A stretch of 64,000 nucleotides of DNA from Candidatus Omnitrophota bacterium (GTDB lineage Bacteria > Omnitrophota > Gorgyraeia > Gygaellales > Profunditerraquicolaceae). Location of the stretch: NCBI GenBank assembly GCA_041663665.1, contig JBAYMG010000001.1, forward strand, positions 193,482 through 257,481, read 5' to 3'. Shown piece by piece: positions 36,282-45,511 of this stretch; within the stretch, counting starts at the first letter, position 1; each line of letters begins with the position of its first letter. Below the pieces are notes generated by a model. That model had not been told where the DNA came from. It saw only the letters and a program-made list of their open reading frames with translations, and ran no database searches. Made by a program: the position numbers and the translations under genes.

Positions 36282-36854
36282 TTATTTTAGAACCCTGATG
36301 TTATCCAGATAAACTATTCCTGTTTTTTCACGGGCATTCCATTCTTCAACTGTAAAGACCAGAGATTTCATTTGCTGCCAGTCGTTAATTTTAGCAAAAC
36401 GGGAAAAATCTATCCGGTGATCCGACCATTTGTTCAAAATATCTTTAACGTAAACTTCTGATTTTTCGTCAAAGCGATTTATAAATTCTACTCTTAAAGA
36501 AAGGATATCTTTAGAATTGGTTTTTCTTGCGGCAAAAGCCAGTTCTTTGTACTTGGATAAATTTAATTGTTTGAGATTTACGGTTAATGTTTCCTTGCTT
36601 GCCGGGTCAAAATTAAAATTTATTTTTGCTGTGTCTTGATGCAAAAATAAAGCAACTTCGGTGTTGGATCTAGTTTGGTCAAAATAATTAAAAACTGCAA
36701 AACTGCCAATACCTAAAAATAATGCTAAAAAGCTAACGATTAAATTTTGCTTGGTTTTAGGATTAAGCCAGAATTTCCGTTTTTTCTTTGACGATTTTAA
36801 AGAGGCATCCAGATAAATATTAGCCAGATGCTCATAAATTTCTTTCTTATTCAT
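36282..36854 (-). CDS. membrane-anchored hypothetical protein (candidate partner of ParA-CBM48)
   Basis: One TM helix; no known domain. Own promoter TTGACA-N17-TATAAA (revcomp of 36865-36893) with an almost leaderless start. Confidence 0.45.
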   Translation of the reverse strand: MNKKEIYEHLANIYLDASLKSSKKKRKFWLNPKTKQNLIVSFLALFLGIGSFAVFNYFDQTRSNTEVALFLHQDTAKINFNFDPASKETLTVNLKQLNLSKYKELAFAARKTNSKDILSLRVEFINRFDEKSEVYVKDILNKWSDHRIDFSRFAKINDWQQMKSLVFTVEEWNAREKTGIVYLDNIRVLK

Positions 36855-36889
36855 TTGAACTAATTTTATAACACAAAACCCTATTTATG

Positions 36890-38434
36890 TCAAGGGGTTA
36901 AGGGCTCTGTTAAGTATGCCGGCTGGTCAATTTCAAGCAGCGTATATAGATTGGATAAATGCAGCCTAAATAACTTGTCAAATGAGCCGTCCGGGTCCTC
37001 TCCATACCACCAAAACCAGTCGCTTCCTTCTAGGATATACATTTGTTTTAAGGCAAGTTCGCTGGGGGTTTTTGTGTTTTCTAACGCTTTCCGAGCGCTA
37101 GCCAGCCATTCCCAGGCTTTTACTTTGTAAGGATTGCCAATCCATTTACCGAATTCACCGTAAATCCAGGATCCTGCGCTTAAGCGTTTTATTTGGCGCT
37201 TGGCAGGATTAAGTTTTAGATAGTCGCTTATGGTTGTAGTTTTGATAAAATCGCTTTCCGAAATCTTTTGGTAAAATAATTCCAGAAAATCATGTCCATC
37301 GTTACGAAAATATTCCCAGGCATTCTCCCCATCCATGGCGATAGTGACTAAGGTGTCTTTATTTTTAAATGCCTTATGAATATTTTCTAAATGGGACATG
37401 AAGTTATTTACAGCATCGGTTTCTTTCATATTGCTGTAAGAAAATCCGATTAAATCTGAAAGATTGCGGTCACGGAAAACTATGCTAAGCTCTCCCTCTT
37501 TTCTTTTTAATAAGTGCGGTTGATAAAGCAGCTGGGTGTTACGCTTATTTAATTTTAAGGATTTAAATAGAATTGCCTCGTCGGTAACAATCCATTTTAT
37601 ACCGGAATTAATTATAAATGGCAGGATGTGTTCGCAGACTCCTTCTTCCGAAGGCCACATGCCAAGGGGTGTATTGCCAAATCTATCTTTATAAAATTTT
37701 GCGGCGCTATCAATTTGGTATTTTGCGTCTTGGGGGTAATTGAATTCTACTTTAGGCAGAACAGTTTTTTTGTTAGCTTCTTTGGCGATGTTGGTACTGT
37801 AAAGTAACGGTAAAATCGGGTGATAATATGGGGTAACGCTTATCTCAATTTGGTTATTTAAGGAAAACTTCCGGTAAGCCGGGATGATTTCTTTTAATAT
37901 TTGGAGTTGTATATTTAAAACAATTTGTTTGTCCTCTTCGCTAAAGAATCTTTCCTTAAGTACGATTTTTTTAAGTTCAGGTATATTTTGCCTAAAAGTT
38001 GGATCGATCCAGGCTAAATTAAAGTAAAGTTGCAGGTCTAGGAAATCTTGGGTTAAAAATTCATGATTGCGTTGTTTTTTTAAGGCTAGTTCATAATAAC
38101 GCGGGAAATTTAGAATTACCTTTTCTTTATTGATTGAGAAAAAATTTTGGAGGATAAATTCTTTATCGGTATTAGTAAGTAAGGCTGCCGGTTTTTGGGT
38201 TAGTTGGCTAAATTTATCTTTGACCAGGTTATTATTGTAATCTTCAATCTGTTCAAATAAAGACGGGACAACATTAAAAGTTTGTTTGATCTTGGGAAAT
38301 TTTTCCAGGATTTGCACCATATCCAGGTAATCTTTAATTCCGTGCAATCTTACCCAAGGAAGGGTGCTCTCTTGGGTTAAGAGGTTCTTGTAATACGGTT
38401 GATGCATGTGGAAGATAAAGGCGAGGTTAATCAT
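36890..38434 (-). CDS. glycoside hydrolase family 57 (alpha-glucan branching/4-alpha-glucanotransferase-like)
   Basis: N-terminal FIFHMHQPYY, the GH57 HQP signature; 514 aa. Confidence 0.8.
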   Translation of the reverse strand: MINLAFIFHMHQPYYKNLLTQESTLPWVRLHGIKDYLDMVQILEKFPKIKQTFNVVPSLFEQIEDYNNNLVKDKFSQLTQKPAALLTNTDKEFILQNFFSINKEKVILNFPRYYELALKKQRNHEFLTQDFLDLQLYFNLAWIDPTFRQNIPELKKIVLKERFFSEEDKQIVLNIQLQILKEIIPAYRKFSLNNQIEISVTPYYHPILPLLYSTNIAKEANKKTVLPKVEFNYPQDAKYQIDSAAKFYKDRFGNTPLGMWPSEEGVCEHILPFIINSGIKWIVTDEAILFKSLKLNKRNTQLLYQPHLLKRKEGELSIVFRDRNLSDLIGFSYSNMKETDAVNNFMSHLENIHKAFKNKDTLVTIAMDGENAWEYFRNDGHDFLELFYQKISESDFIKTTTISDYLKLNPAKRQIKRLSAGSWIYGEFGKWIGNPYKVKAWEWLASARKALENTKTPSELALKQMYILEGSDWFWWYGEDPDGSFDKLFRLHLSNLYTLLEIDQPAYLTEPLTP

Positions 38435-38456
38435 TGGTTAGGGTGCATGCCAGAAA

Positions 38457-38487
38457 AAACCCTCGGAGGATTGCTCCTCCGAGGGTT
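38457..38487 (-). terminator. hairpin terminator downstream of the OMP gene
   Basis: AACCCTCGGAGG-attgct-CCTCCGAGGGTT perfect 12-bp stem. Confidence 0.6.
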
Positions 38488-38512
38488 TAAGTGTTGCTCT
38501 ACATAACTCTTA

Positions 38513-39883
38513 TTAGAATGTTACTTTCATTGAACCAATTAACTGGGTTGCATTAGCTGCATCTGAAGTAAGGGCGTTACCTGGCAGAAAATATCCGCCA
38601 GTTAAGCCGAACTGCACATCTTCAGTATAGTCATAGGTAATAGTTCCATCAAGTGCACTACCTAAATATGCCTTACCAGTATAGGTGCTTTTACCATCAG
38701 TACCATAATAATTAGTTCCATTATTATAGGTGCCAGGAATACTGAATTCGCCTGTACTTTTTTGGGCTACGGTGTAGTATCCATAAACAGCAGATACGGT
38801 GACATCTTCAACTGGTTTACAGCTTGCTCTTAAGTTATAAGCGTTCATGTTTGAAAAAGGCAAGATCGTGTAAACAATGTTATTGAGTTTTTGATCATAG
38901 AACATGGCATCCCAGCCATCATTCTTTTTATCACTGCTATTATCATTATTACTTTTACTTCCTGAAAGATAGGTATAAGAAGCACCAATCTTAGGAGTGG
39001 TTTTTACTTTGGAAAAAGTATAATCGGCCATTGCTTGTACTGCCCAAGCATTATGCTTTTTCTGGTTATTTGTTGCTGTGTTTCTACCAAACTGATATGC
39101 AGCTTCTAAAGAAGTGCTTAGATCTTCGATTGGTGCAGCAGAAATTAAACCGCCGATTGTAGAAAGTTCATCTGGTCTGCTGGTGGTAGAATTCATTGTG
39201 CTAGTGGTATGGTCATCATTCTTCTTAAGCCAGTAATATGCAGAAACATCAACTTTTTTGTTTATAGCATAAGTGGCATTAATACCAGTTAAACTAACGG
39301 TATTTCTATCAGTTGTATTGGTTTGTTTTACTTGAGCATAAACTAAATCCACAATTAGAGGATCATAGTTTAAGGTTGCGCGGATAGCATCAAAAGCTTT
39401 TCTTTCAGTTAAATCTGTAGGAATGCTTGATGATGTTCCGATTGCCTTTGCATTGCCAATAATTAATCCGTTACCGAATTTAATTTCCTGACGGCCAACG
39501 GTTAAAGTTAAAGGTGAATATAAGAATTCTTTTAAAGCAACGTAAGCAAGGTCAAGATCAATGTTGGTGTTATTGCTGCTTGAGCTGGTGTTGGCATCGT
39601 TTTGTCCATTCCAGACTCTTTCGTTGATCAATCTTACGGTAGCCATGACATTATCAGTAAGATCGGCATCAATACGGACTCGAATTTGAGACATTAAGAA
39701 GTTCTGCTTTAAAACACTTTTGTCTCCAGGGGCGTTGTTGTCTAAATTAAAATGGTTTCTGGCAACTACACTTGTAATAATATCTCCACTAATTTTTACA
39801 TTCTGTACCTCGGCATAAGCGGCGCTAAATGTTAGGCCGAATACCAAAGCAAGCGCTAATACTGCTATTAAGCGTTTACCCAT
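38513..39883 (-). CDS. outer-membrane beta-barrel (porin-like) protein
   Basis: Signal peptide ...SAAYA, alternating amphipathic strands, C-terminal ...KVTF. Confidence 0.55.
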   Translation of the reverse strand: MGKRLIAVLALALVFGLTFSAAYAEVQNVKISGDIITSVVARNHFNLDNNAPGDKSVLKQNFLMSQIRVRIDADLTDNVMATVRLINERVWNGQNDANTSSSSNNTNIDLDLAYVALKEFLYSPLTLTVGRQEIKFGNGLIIGNAKAIGTSSSIPTDLTERKAFDAIRATLNYDPLIVDLVYAQVKQTNTTDRNTVSLTGINATYAINKKVDVSAYYWLKKNDDHTTSTMNSTTSRPDELSTIGGLISAAPIEDLSTSLEAAYQFGRNTATNNQKKHNAWAVQAMADYTFSKVKTTPKIGASYTYLSGSKSNNDNSSDKKNDGWDAMFYDQKLNNIVYTILPFSNMNAYNLRASCKPVEDVTVSAVYGYYTVAQKSTGEFSIPGTYNNGTNYYGTDGKSTYTGKAYLGSALDGTITYDYTEDVQFGLTGGYFLPGNALTSDAANATQLIGSMKVTF

Positions 39884-39982
39884 TTTTTGCTCCTCCTTTT
39901 ATGTTAACTGTTGTGGATATATGGTTAACTAGGCCAATAATTTATTGCCTAGGATGATTTCTTTGTTAAGTTACTTATGATT

Positions 39983-40010
39983 ATTTTACTCATAACACTA
40001 TGTTTGTCAA
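39983..40010 (-). promoter_or_regulatory. sigma70-type promoter TTGACA-N16-TAAAAT for the OMP gene
   Basis: Reverse complement of 40005-40010 is TTGACA and of 39983-39988 is TAAAAT. Confidence 0.5.
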
Positions 40011-40018
40011 GGAATTTT

Positions 40019-40477
40019 TTACTTAACCGGAGCTTTGGCTTTTTTAGGTGAATTTTGTGATTTCGGGCCCAAGAAAATGATTAAAGTTACGTTGTTCCCT
40101 TTGGGTTCAATATTGATAATACAGGTCTCATTTTCGCGGTCAAAGTTCATCAGTTTTACGCCATACTCGACGATGTTGATCAGGTTCCAGTTATACATGG
40201 CCATCTGTTCTTTGTAAAAATTAACTATTTGATCTGAGTCGGCTTTGCCCTGGTATTTTAAGACACCAACGCGTATTCCTGAGCTCTCAAAAGAGTAGGA
40301 TTGCTGGGGTATGATTTTTAAACCTATAGGTATTGGGACATCTGCAAATTTTAAATTTGTTTGAGGTTCAATCATCGCAGGATTTCCGGATCTGCTGTCG
40401 GAAAATGTTGAGCAGCCAATAAGAGTCGTTAGGATACAGAATATTATAGATAAGAAAAACAGCTTTGAAAATTTCAT
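40019..40477 (-). CDS. lipoprotein, hypothetical
   Basis: LIGC lipobox; 4-nt overlap with the PHP gene. Confidence 0.5.
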   Translation of the reverse strand: MKFSKLFFLSIIFCILTTLIGCSTFSDSRSGNPAMIEPQTNLKFADVPIPIGLKIIPQQSYSFESSGIRVGVLKYQGKADSDQIVNFYKEQMAMYNWNLINIVEYGVKLMNFDRENETCIINIEPKGNNVTLIIFLGPKSQNSPKKAKAPVK

Positions 40478-41130
40478 CTTCCCTCCTTCTTGGTTAAAAA
40501 ATCTCCTACAGCTTGGTAGATTTTATCAATTTCAGCTTGAGTTAGCCCGGAGTCTATCCCGATTTTAATTAGTTGTTCCGGAGTGATTATATCTTCCGGA
40601 GTGTGGCTATCGTGATTTAAAATTAATTTTGCGCCAAATTTTCTTGCCTGGGTTACGACGTGCGCATTAGTTTGCTTGTGGCCTTTTCTGCTGGTGACCT
40701 CTAAAAATATGCCGCGTTGACTTGCAAGTTTTGCATCGGTATCAGAAATTAATCCGGGGTGCGCCAGAATATCAATGTCGGCTAATAAGGCAAGGTGGTT
40801 TGTGTTTTTGGTAACCGGCTCAACCGGGGTTTCTCCATGCGCAATAATAATTTTAATTCCCTCTTTTCTTGCCAGTGCCGCAAGAGGCTTAAATTGTTCC
40901 GGTGGAAGATGGGTTAACTCAATTCCCGGAAGTACCCTAATTGCGGAATTTTTAGGCCAACGTTTGCAGAATTCAACAATTGATTTAGTGATTTGTTTTA
41001 TGTTGCTGTAGTCAGCGTGATCGGTAATGGCGATTACTTTGTAGCCTTTGTCAAGATAGCGTACAGCTACTTCTGAAGGAAGTAAATTTCCGTCACTTAA
41101 AAAGGTGTGAGTGTGTAAATTGTACATCAA
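40474..41130 (-). CDS. PHP-domain metal-dependent phosphoesterase
   Basis: NLHTHTFLSDG...IAITDHADY PHP motifs. Confidence 0.7.
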   Translation of the reverse strand: MMYNLHTHTFLSDGNLLPSEVAVRYLDKGYKVIAITDHADYSNIKQITKSIVEFCKRWPKNSAIRVLPGIELTHLPPEQFKPLAALARKEGIKIIIAHGETPVEPVTKNTNHLALLADIDILAHPGLISDTDAKLASQRGIFLEVTSRKGHKQTNAHVVTQARKFGAKLILNHDSHTPEDIITPEQLIKIGIDSGLTQAEIDKIYQAVGDFLTKKEGR

Positions 41131-41196
41131 ACTCCTTATGTTTTTTTAAGCCTAGTGTAGTCCTACCGAACACAAATTTAGGTAGGGAATTGTTAA

Positions 41197-41270
41197 CGCC
41201 CCTGGCAGGAATCGAACCTGCCGCACGCAGTTTAGGAAACTGCTGCTCTATCCTTATGAGCTACAGGGGC
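41197..41270 (-). tRNA. tRNA-Arg (anticodon CCT)
   Basis: Revcomp GCCCCTGTAGCTCATAAGGATAGAGCAGCAGTTTCCTAAACTGCGTGCGGCAGGTTCGATTCCTGCCAGGGGCG folds as a cloverleaf: anticodon stem GCAGT/ACTGC, loop TTCCTAA, T-arm GGTTCGATTCC. Confidence 0.8.
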
Positions 41271-41324
41271 AGATTTAATACTCTACGCATAAAATATTGC
41301 GCAGGTGTGCTCTCTTGCGAGGGC

Positions 41325-41855
41325 TTATTTCTCATTAAACTTAATCAAAGAAAATACAGGATAATCTTTAAACTTTTCTTTGCCCTTAAGATCTACCAGC
41401 TCAATAACAAAACCGATTCCTGCGATTTTCCCTCCCAGTTGATTTACCAGTTTAATTACAGCTTCAACTGTGCCTCCGGTAGCCAGGAGGTCATCAATAA
41501 TTAAAATTTTTTCGCCGGGGATAATTGCGTCTTTATGGATTTCTAAGGTGTCTGTACCGTACTCGAGTTCGTAAGTTGTGGAAATAGTTTTATAAGGCAG
41601 CTTGCCTTTTTTACGTACCGGCACAAAACCTGCGCCGATTTTGTGGGCAATAGCTGCGCCAAAAATAAATCCACGGGCTTCGACAGCGACTATTTTGTTA
41701 AGCCCTTTATTTTTATATTTTTTAGAAAGTAAATCAACTGCTTTTTTAAAAGCGTCTTTATTTTGAATCAGGGTTGTAACGTCGCGGAAAAGGATTCCCG
41801 GTTTTGGAAAGTCGGGAATATTTCTAATGGATTTTTCTAGTAAAGCGTTGTTCAT
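41325..41855 (-). CDS. apt: adenine phosphoribosyltransferase
   Basis: IVAVEARGFIFG...ILIIDDLLATGGT PRTase motif. Confidence 0.85.
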   Translation of the reverse strand: MNNALLEKSIRNIPDFPKPGILFRDVTTLIQNKDAFKKAVDLLSKKYKNKGLNKIVAVEARGFIFGAAIAHKIGAGFVPVRKKGKLPYKTISTTYELEYGTDTLEIHKDAIIPGEKILIIDDLLATGGTVEAVIKLVNQLGGKIAGIGFVIELVDLKGKEKFKDYPVFSLIKFNEK

Positions 41856-42671
41856 TTAAATTTCCTTTTCTTGCCCGGCGACGAATTTTCTTAATTTTTT
41901 TAAAGCCGCTTCTTCGATTTGGCGGATTCTTTCGCGTGAAACACCGAGTTTTTTGGCAACTACTGCTAGAGTTTGTGGTTTGGAATTGGTGAGGCCAAAA
42001 CGTAAGTTCAGGATTTCTCTTTCTCTCTCCGACATTACCTCAAGGAGATTCTCTACTCTTTCGTGATCTAAAAGGCGTTCAATGCTTGAATCCGGCGGAG
42101 TGGAATTTTTATCTTCCATCAAGTCGGATACCTGATTATCGCTATCTTCGCCAAGCGGGGCTTCTAACGAAGAAGTGGTGCTAGACATCCAAAAGTTAAT
42201 TTGTTCAATTTTATCAGCCGGTAGTTTTAATTTTTTGGCAATTTCTTCATCTGAAGGTATGCGTTTTAATTTTTGGCTTAAGCGTTCTTTGTTTTTCTTC
42301 CATTTGCTGATCAGGTCATTCATGTACACTGGTACGCGGATCATTTTGCTTTGTTCACCGATTGAGCGGGTGATTCCTTGTTTTATCCACCATGCGGCAT
42401 AGGTAGAAAAGCGGAAACCCTTACGGTGGTCAAATTTTTCAACTGCTTTTATTAATCCGAGATTGCCCTCTTCGATTAAATCCAGGAATGGCGCTCCCAT
42501 ATGCATGTAATGTTTTGCAATATGGATAACTAGCCGTAAATTTGCGCGAATCATATCCTTGCGCGCAATTTCATCTCCTTGGCGTACTCTTCTGCCTAAT
42601 TCAATCTCTTGCTTTGCAGTTAAAAGAGGGATTAAGCGTACTTCTTTGAGATATGTTTTTAATGCTTCCAT
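41856..42671 (-). CDS. RNA polymerase sigma factor, sigma-70 family (compact, regions 1.2-4)
   Basis: DLIEEGNLGLIKAVEKFD (region 2.x), YAAWWIKQ, C-terminal HTH LAVVAKKLGVSRERIRQIE (region 4.2). Confidence 0.85.
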   Translation of the reverse strand: MEALKTYLKEVRLIPLLTAKQEIELGRRVRQGDEIARKDMIRANLRLVIHIAKHYMHMGAPFLDLIEEGNLGLIKAVEKFDHRKGFRFSTYAAWWIKQGITRSIGEQSKMIRVPVYMNDLISKWKKNKERLSQKLKRIPSDEEIAKKLKLPADKIEQINFWMSSTTSSLEAPLGEDSDNQVSDLMEDKNSTPPDSSIERLLDHERVENLLEVMSEREREILNLRFGLTNSKPQTLAVVAKKLGVSRERIRQIEEAALKKLRKFVAGQEKEI

Positions 42672-42695
42672 TGTTTTAATTTTCGTTTATTTATA

Positions 42696-42729
42696 CCCCA
42701 AGAAAAGTATTTTATACTTTTCTTGGGGT
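42696..42729 (-). terminator. hairpin terminator after ppdK
   Basis: CCCCAAGAAAAGTA-tttta-TACTTTTCTTGGGG perfect 14-bp stem in an AT-rich context. Confidence 0.55.
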
Positions 42730-42744
42730 ATAAAATCACTAAAG

Positions 42745-45489
42745 TTATTTTTTAGCGATTTTCTTATTTTTTAATACAGCCTGTGCTGCGGCTAATTTTG
42801 CAATTGGAACTCTAAACGGTGAGCAACTGACATAGTTCATACCTATATTATGACAGAACTCAACTGATCTTGGTTCGCCACCGTGTTCTCCGCAGATGCC
42901 GACCTCAAGATTTTTATTAGTTAAGCGTCCACGTTTAATGCCGATTTTAATTAGCTCGCCAATCCCTTCTTGGTCGATGCTTTGGAACGGATCTTCCGGT
43001 AAAATCCCCTTTTTGATATATTCCGGTAAAAATCCGCCGATATCGTCTCTTGAAAAACCAAAACCCATTTGTGTTAAGTCATTGGTCCCGAAGGAGAAGA
43101 ATTTAGCTCTAGTGGCTAACTTGTCAGCGATAATTGCTGCCCGGGGAATTTCGATCATTGTGCCCAAAAGGTATTTAAATTTCTTCAATCCGTATTTTGT
43201 CAGCACTTCTTTATATATCTGCTCGGCAATAGCGAATTGATCATCTAGTTCTTTTGTATCGCAAACAACCGGAATCATGATCTCAGGGTAAGGATCTTTT
43301 CCCTCTTTAACTAATTCTGCAGTTGATTCAAAAATTGCACGTATTTGCATAGCGCTTACCTCAGGGTAAGTTATTCCCAGGCGTACGCCGCGATGGCCCA
43401 TCATCGGGTTAGACTCATGCATGTTTTCTGCTCTTTTTGCCAACTCTTGCATATCAATGTTTAAGTCTTTTGCTAATTGTTCAAGTTTTGCTTGTTCACG
43501 AGGAACGAATTCATGCAGAGGCGGATCAAGTAATCGGATAACTACTGGAAATCCATCCATTGCGGAAATCGTTCCTTTAATGTCTTTTTTTACAAATGGG
43601 AACAATTCATCTAAAGCTTTCTGTCTTTCTTCGGTAGTTTTGGAAACAATCATTTTGCGCAGCAAAAACAGCGCTTGATCGGAGCCTTTACCGTAGAACA
43701 TGTGCTCTGTGCGGAAAAGCCCAATACCTTCAGCTCCAAATTGCAGGGCTTTTTGCGCATCTTCCGGTGTATCAGCATTGGTGCGGATACCTAACTGTTT
43801 TACTCCGTCGCACATTTTTAAGAATGATGAAAGAATTGTATTTTCTTCGGAAGCATTCATCATCGGAAGCTGGCCTTCGTAAACATTACCCTTAGTTCCG
43901 TTTAAAGTAACCCAGTCGCCTTCTTTAAGTGTTATGTCTCCGACATGCACAATTTTTTTATCCAGATCAACATGCATGGCGCTACAGCCAACGATGCAGC
44001 ATTTTCCCCAGCCGCGGGCGACTAGAGCTGCATGCGAGGTCATTCCACCGCGAGCAGTAAGAATTGCCTGGGCTACGCGCATACCTTCGACATCTTCAGG
44101 ATTAGTTTCTTCGCGGACCAGAATTACTTTCTTCCCGGTTTTAGCCCATGCTACTGCATCGTTAGAAGAGAAAACGATTTGTCCGCTTGCTCCGCCGGGT
44201 CCAGCTGGCAGGCCTTTGGCAAAAGGTTTAACCGTTACTTCTGTTTTTGGGTCGATAATCGGATGCAATAACTCATCAAGTTGTGATGGGGTTACGCGTA
44301 ATAGCGCAACCTCTTTTTTGATCATTTTTTCTTTGACCATATCAACTGCCATGCGTACGGCCGCTGGCCCGTTACGTTTTCCTATGCGGCACTGCAGCAT
44401 AAAGAGTTTTCCTTTTTCAATGGTAAACTCAATATCCTGCATGTCATGGTAGTGTTGTTCTAAGCGATTTTGTATAGCATAGAGCTCTTTGTAAATCTTA
44501 GGCATTGTTTTTTCCAGAGTAAGCAGCTCTTTATTGTGGCTGGAAGTTGAGTACTCATTGATTGGTGCAGGCGTGCGGATACCGGCAACTACATCCTCGC
44601 CTTGGGCGTTGATCAAATACTCTCCGTAGAAATTATTTTCGCCATTTCCCGGGTTGCGTGTAAAGGCAACGCCGGTTGCTGAATCATCGCCCATGTTTCC
44701 AAAAACCATGGTTTGCACGTTTACAGCAGTGCCCCAGGCATCCGGAATATTTTCTATTCTACGGTAGCTGATTGCGCGTTTTCCATTCCAGGAAGAAAAT
44801 ACTGCCCCAATTCCGCCCCAGAGCTGTTCCATTGGTTCATCGGGGAATTCTTTGCCTAGAACATTTTTGATTCTGATTTTAAATTGATCGCAAAGTTTCT
44901 TTAAGTCATCGACGTTTAAATCTGTATCACTGGAGTAGTTTTTTGATTTTTTAAGTTCCAGCATAATACCTTCTAATTGTTTACGGATTCCTTCTTCGCC
45001 CTTAGGTTCAATTCCGGCAGCCTTCTCCATAACCACATCAGAATACATCATGATTAAACGGCGATAAGCATCATAAACAAAACGGCTATTGCCTCCGCTT
45101 TGTTTAATTAATCCGGGGATAGTCTTTTCAGTTAAGCCGACATTTAAAACTGTTTCCATCATTCCGGGCATGGATTTTCTTGCTCCGGAGCGTACTGAGA
45201 ATAAAAGCGGATTATTGGCATCGCCGAATTTCCTGCCCATTAATTTTTCAACTTTTTCTAGCGCTGTCAATACCTGGCTTTTTAATTCTTTAGGATATTT
45301 TTTCTTGTTTTGATAATAATATGTACAGACCTCGGTGGTGCAAGTAAATCCCGGAGGAACTGGGAGCAGTAAGTTTTTGTTTCCAGCCATTTCTGCTAAA
45401 TTTGCACCTTTACCTCCTAAGAGGTTTTTCATGCTTTCGTTGCCTTCACCTTTACCTCCGCCGAAACTATAAACATATTTCTTTGCCAT
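42745..45489 (-). CDS. ppdK: pyruvate, phosphate dikinase
   Basis: 914 aa; GGKGANLAEM ATP-grasp N-terminus, GGMTSHAAL phospho-His domain, C-terminal PEP-utilising TIM barrel. Confidence 0.95.
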   Translation of the reverse strand: MAKKYVYSFGGGKGEGNESMKNLLGGKGANLAEMAGNKNLLLPVPPGFTCTTEVCTYYYQNKKKYPKELKSQVLTALEKVEKLMGRKFGDANNPLLFSVRSGARKSMPGMMETVLNVGLTEKTIPGLIKQSGGNSRFVYDAYRRLIMMYSDVVMEKAAGIEPKGEEGIRKQLEGIMLELKKSKNYSSDTDLNVDDLKKLCDQFKIRIKNVLGKEFPDEPMEQLWGGIGAVFSSWNGKRAISYRRIENIPDAWGTAVNVQTMVFGNMGDDSATGVAFTRNPGNGENNFYGEYLINAQGEDVVAGIRTPAPINEYSTSSHNKELLTLEKTMPKIYKELYAIQNRLEQHYHDMQDIEFTIEKGKLFMLQCRIGKRNGPAAVRMAVDMVKEKMIKKEVALLRVTPSQLDELLHPIIDPKTEVTVKPFAKGLPAGPGGASGQIVFSSNDAVAWAKTGKKVILVREETNPEDVEGMRVAQAILTARGGMTSHAALVARGWGKCCIVGCSAMHVDLDKKIVHVGDITLKEGDWVTLNGTKGNVYEGQLPMMNASEENTILSSFLKMCDGVKQLGIRTNADTPEDAQKALQFGAEGIGLFRTEHMFYGKGSDQALFLLRKMIVSKTTEERQKALDELFPFVKKDIKGTISAMDGFPVVIRLLDPPLHEFVPREQAKLEQLAKDLNIDMQELAKRAENMHESNPMMGHRGVRLGITYPEVSAMQIRAIFESTAELVKEGKDPYPEIMIPVVCDTKELDDQFAIAEQIYKEVLTKYGLKKFKYLLGTMIEIPRAAIIADKLATRAKFFSFGTNDLTQMGFGFSRDDIGGFLPEYIKKGILPEDPFQSIDQEGIGELIKIGIKRGRLTNKNLEVGICGEHGGEPRSVEFCHNIGMNYVSCSPFRVPIAKLAAAQAVLKNKKIAKK

Positions 45490-45511
45490 TACTTTTTAAA
45501 CCCTTCCTTTC

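Noticed and set aside
41190-41504. 104-aa ORF on the + strand
   Set aside because: It runs antisense across tRNA-Arg and the 3' end of apt, so it is an artefact.
42896-45313. Multiple 60- to 170-aa ORFs antisense to ppdK, and similar ones inside dnaE, aspS, panE and the NRAMP gene
   Set aside because: They are embedded antisense in well-supported long genes, which is typical of spurious frames in long ORFs.
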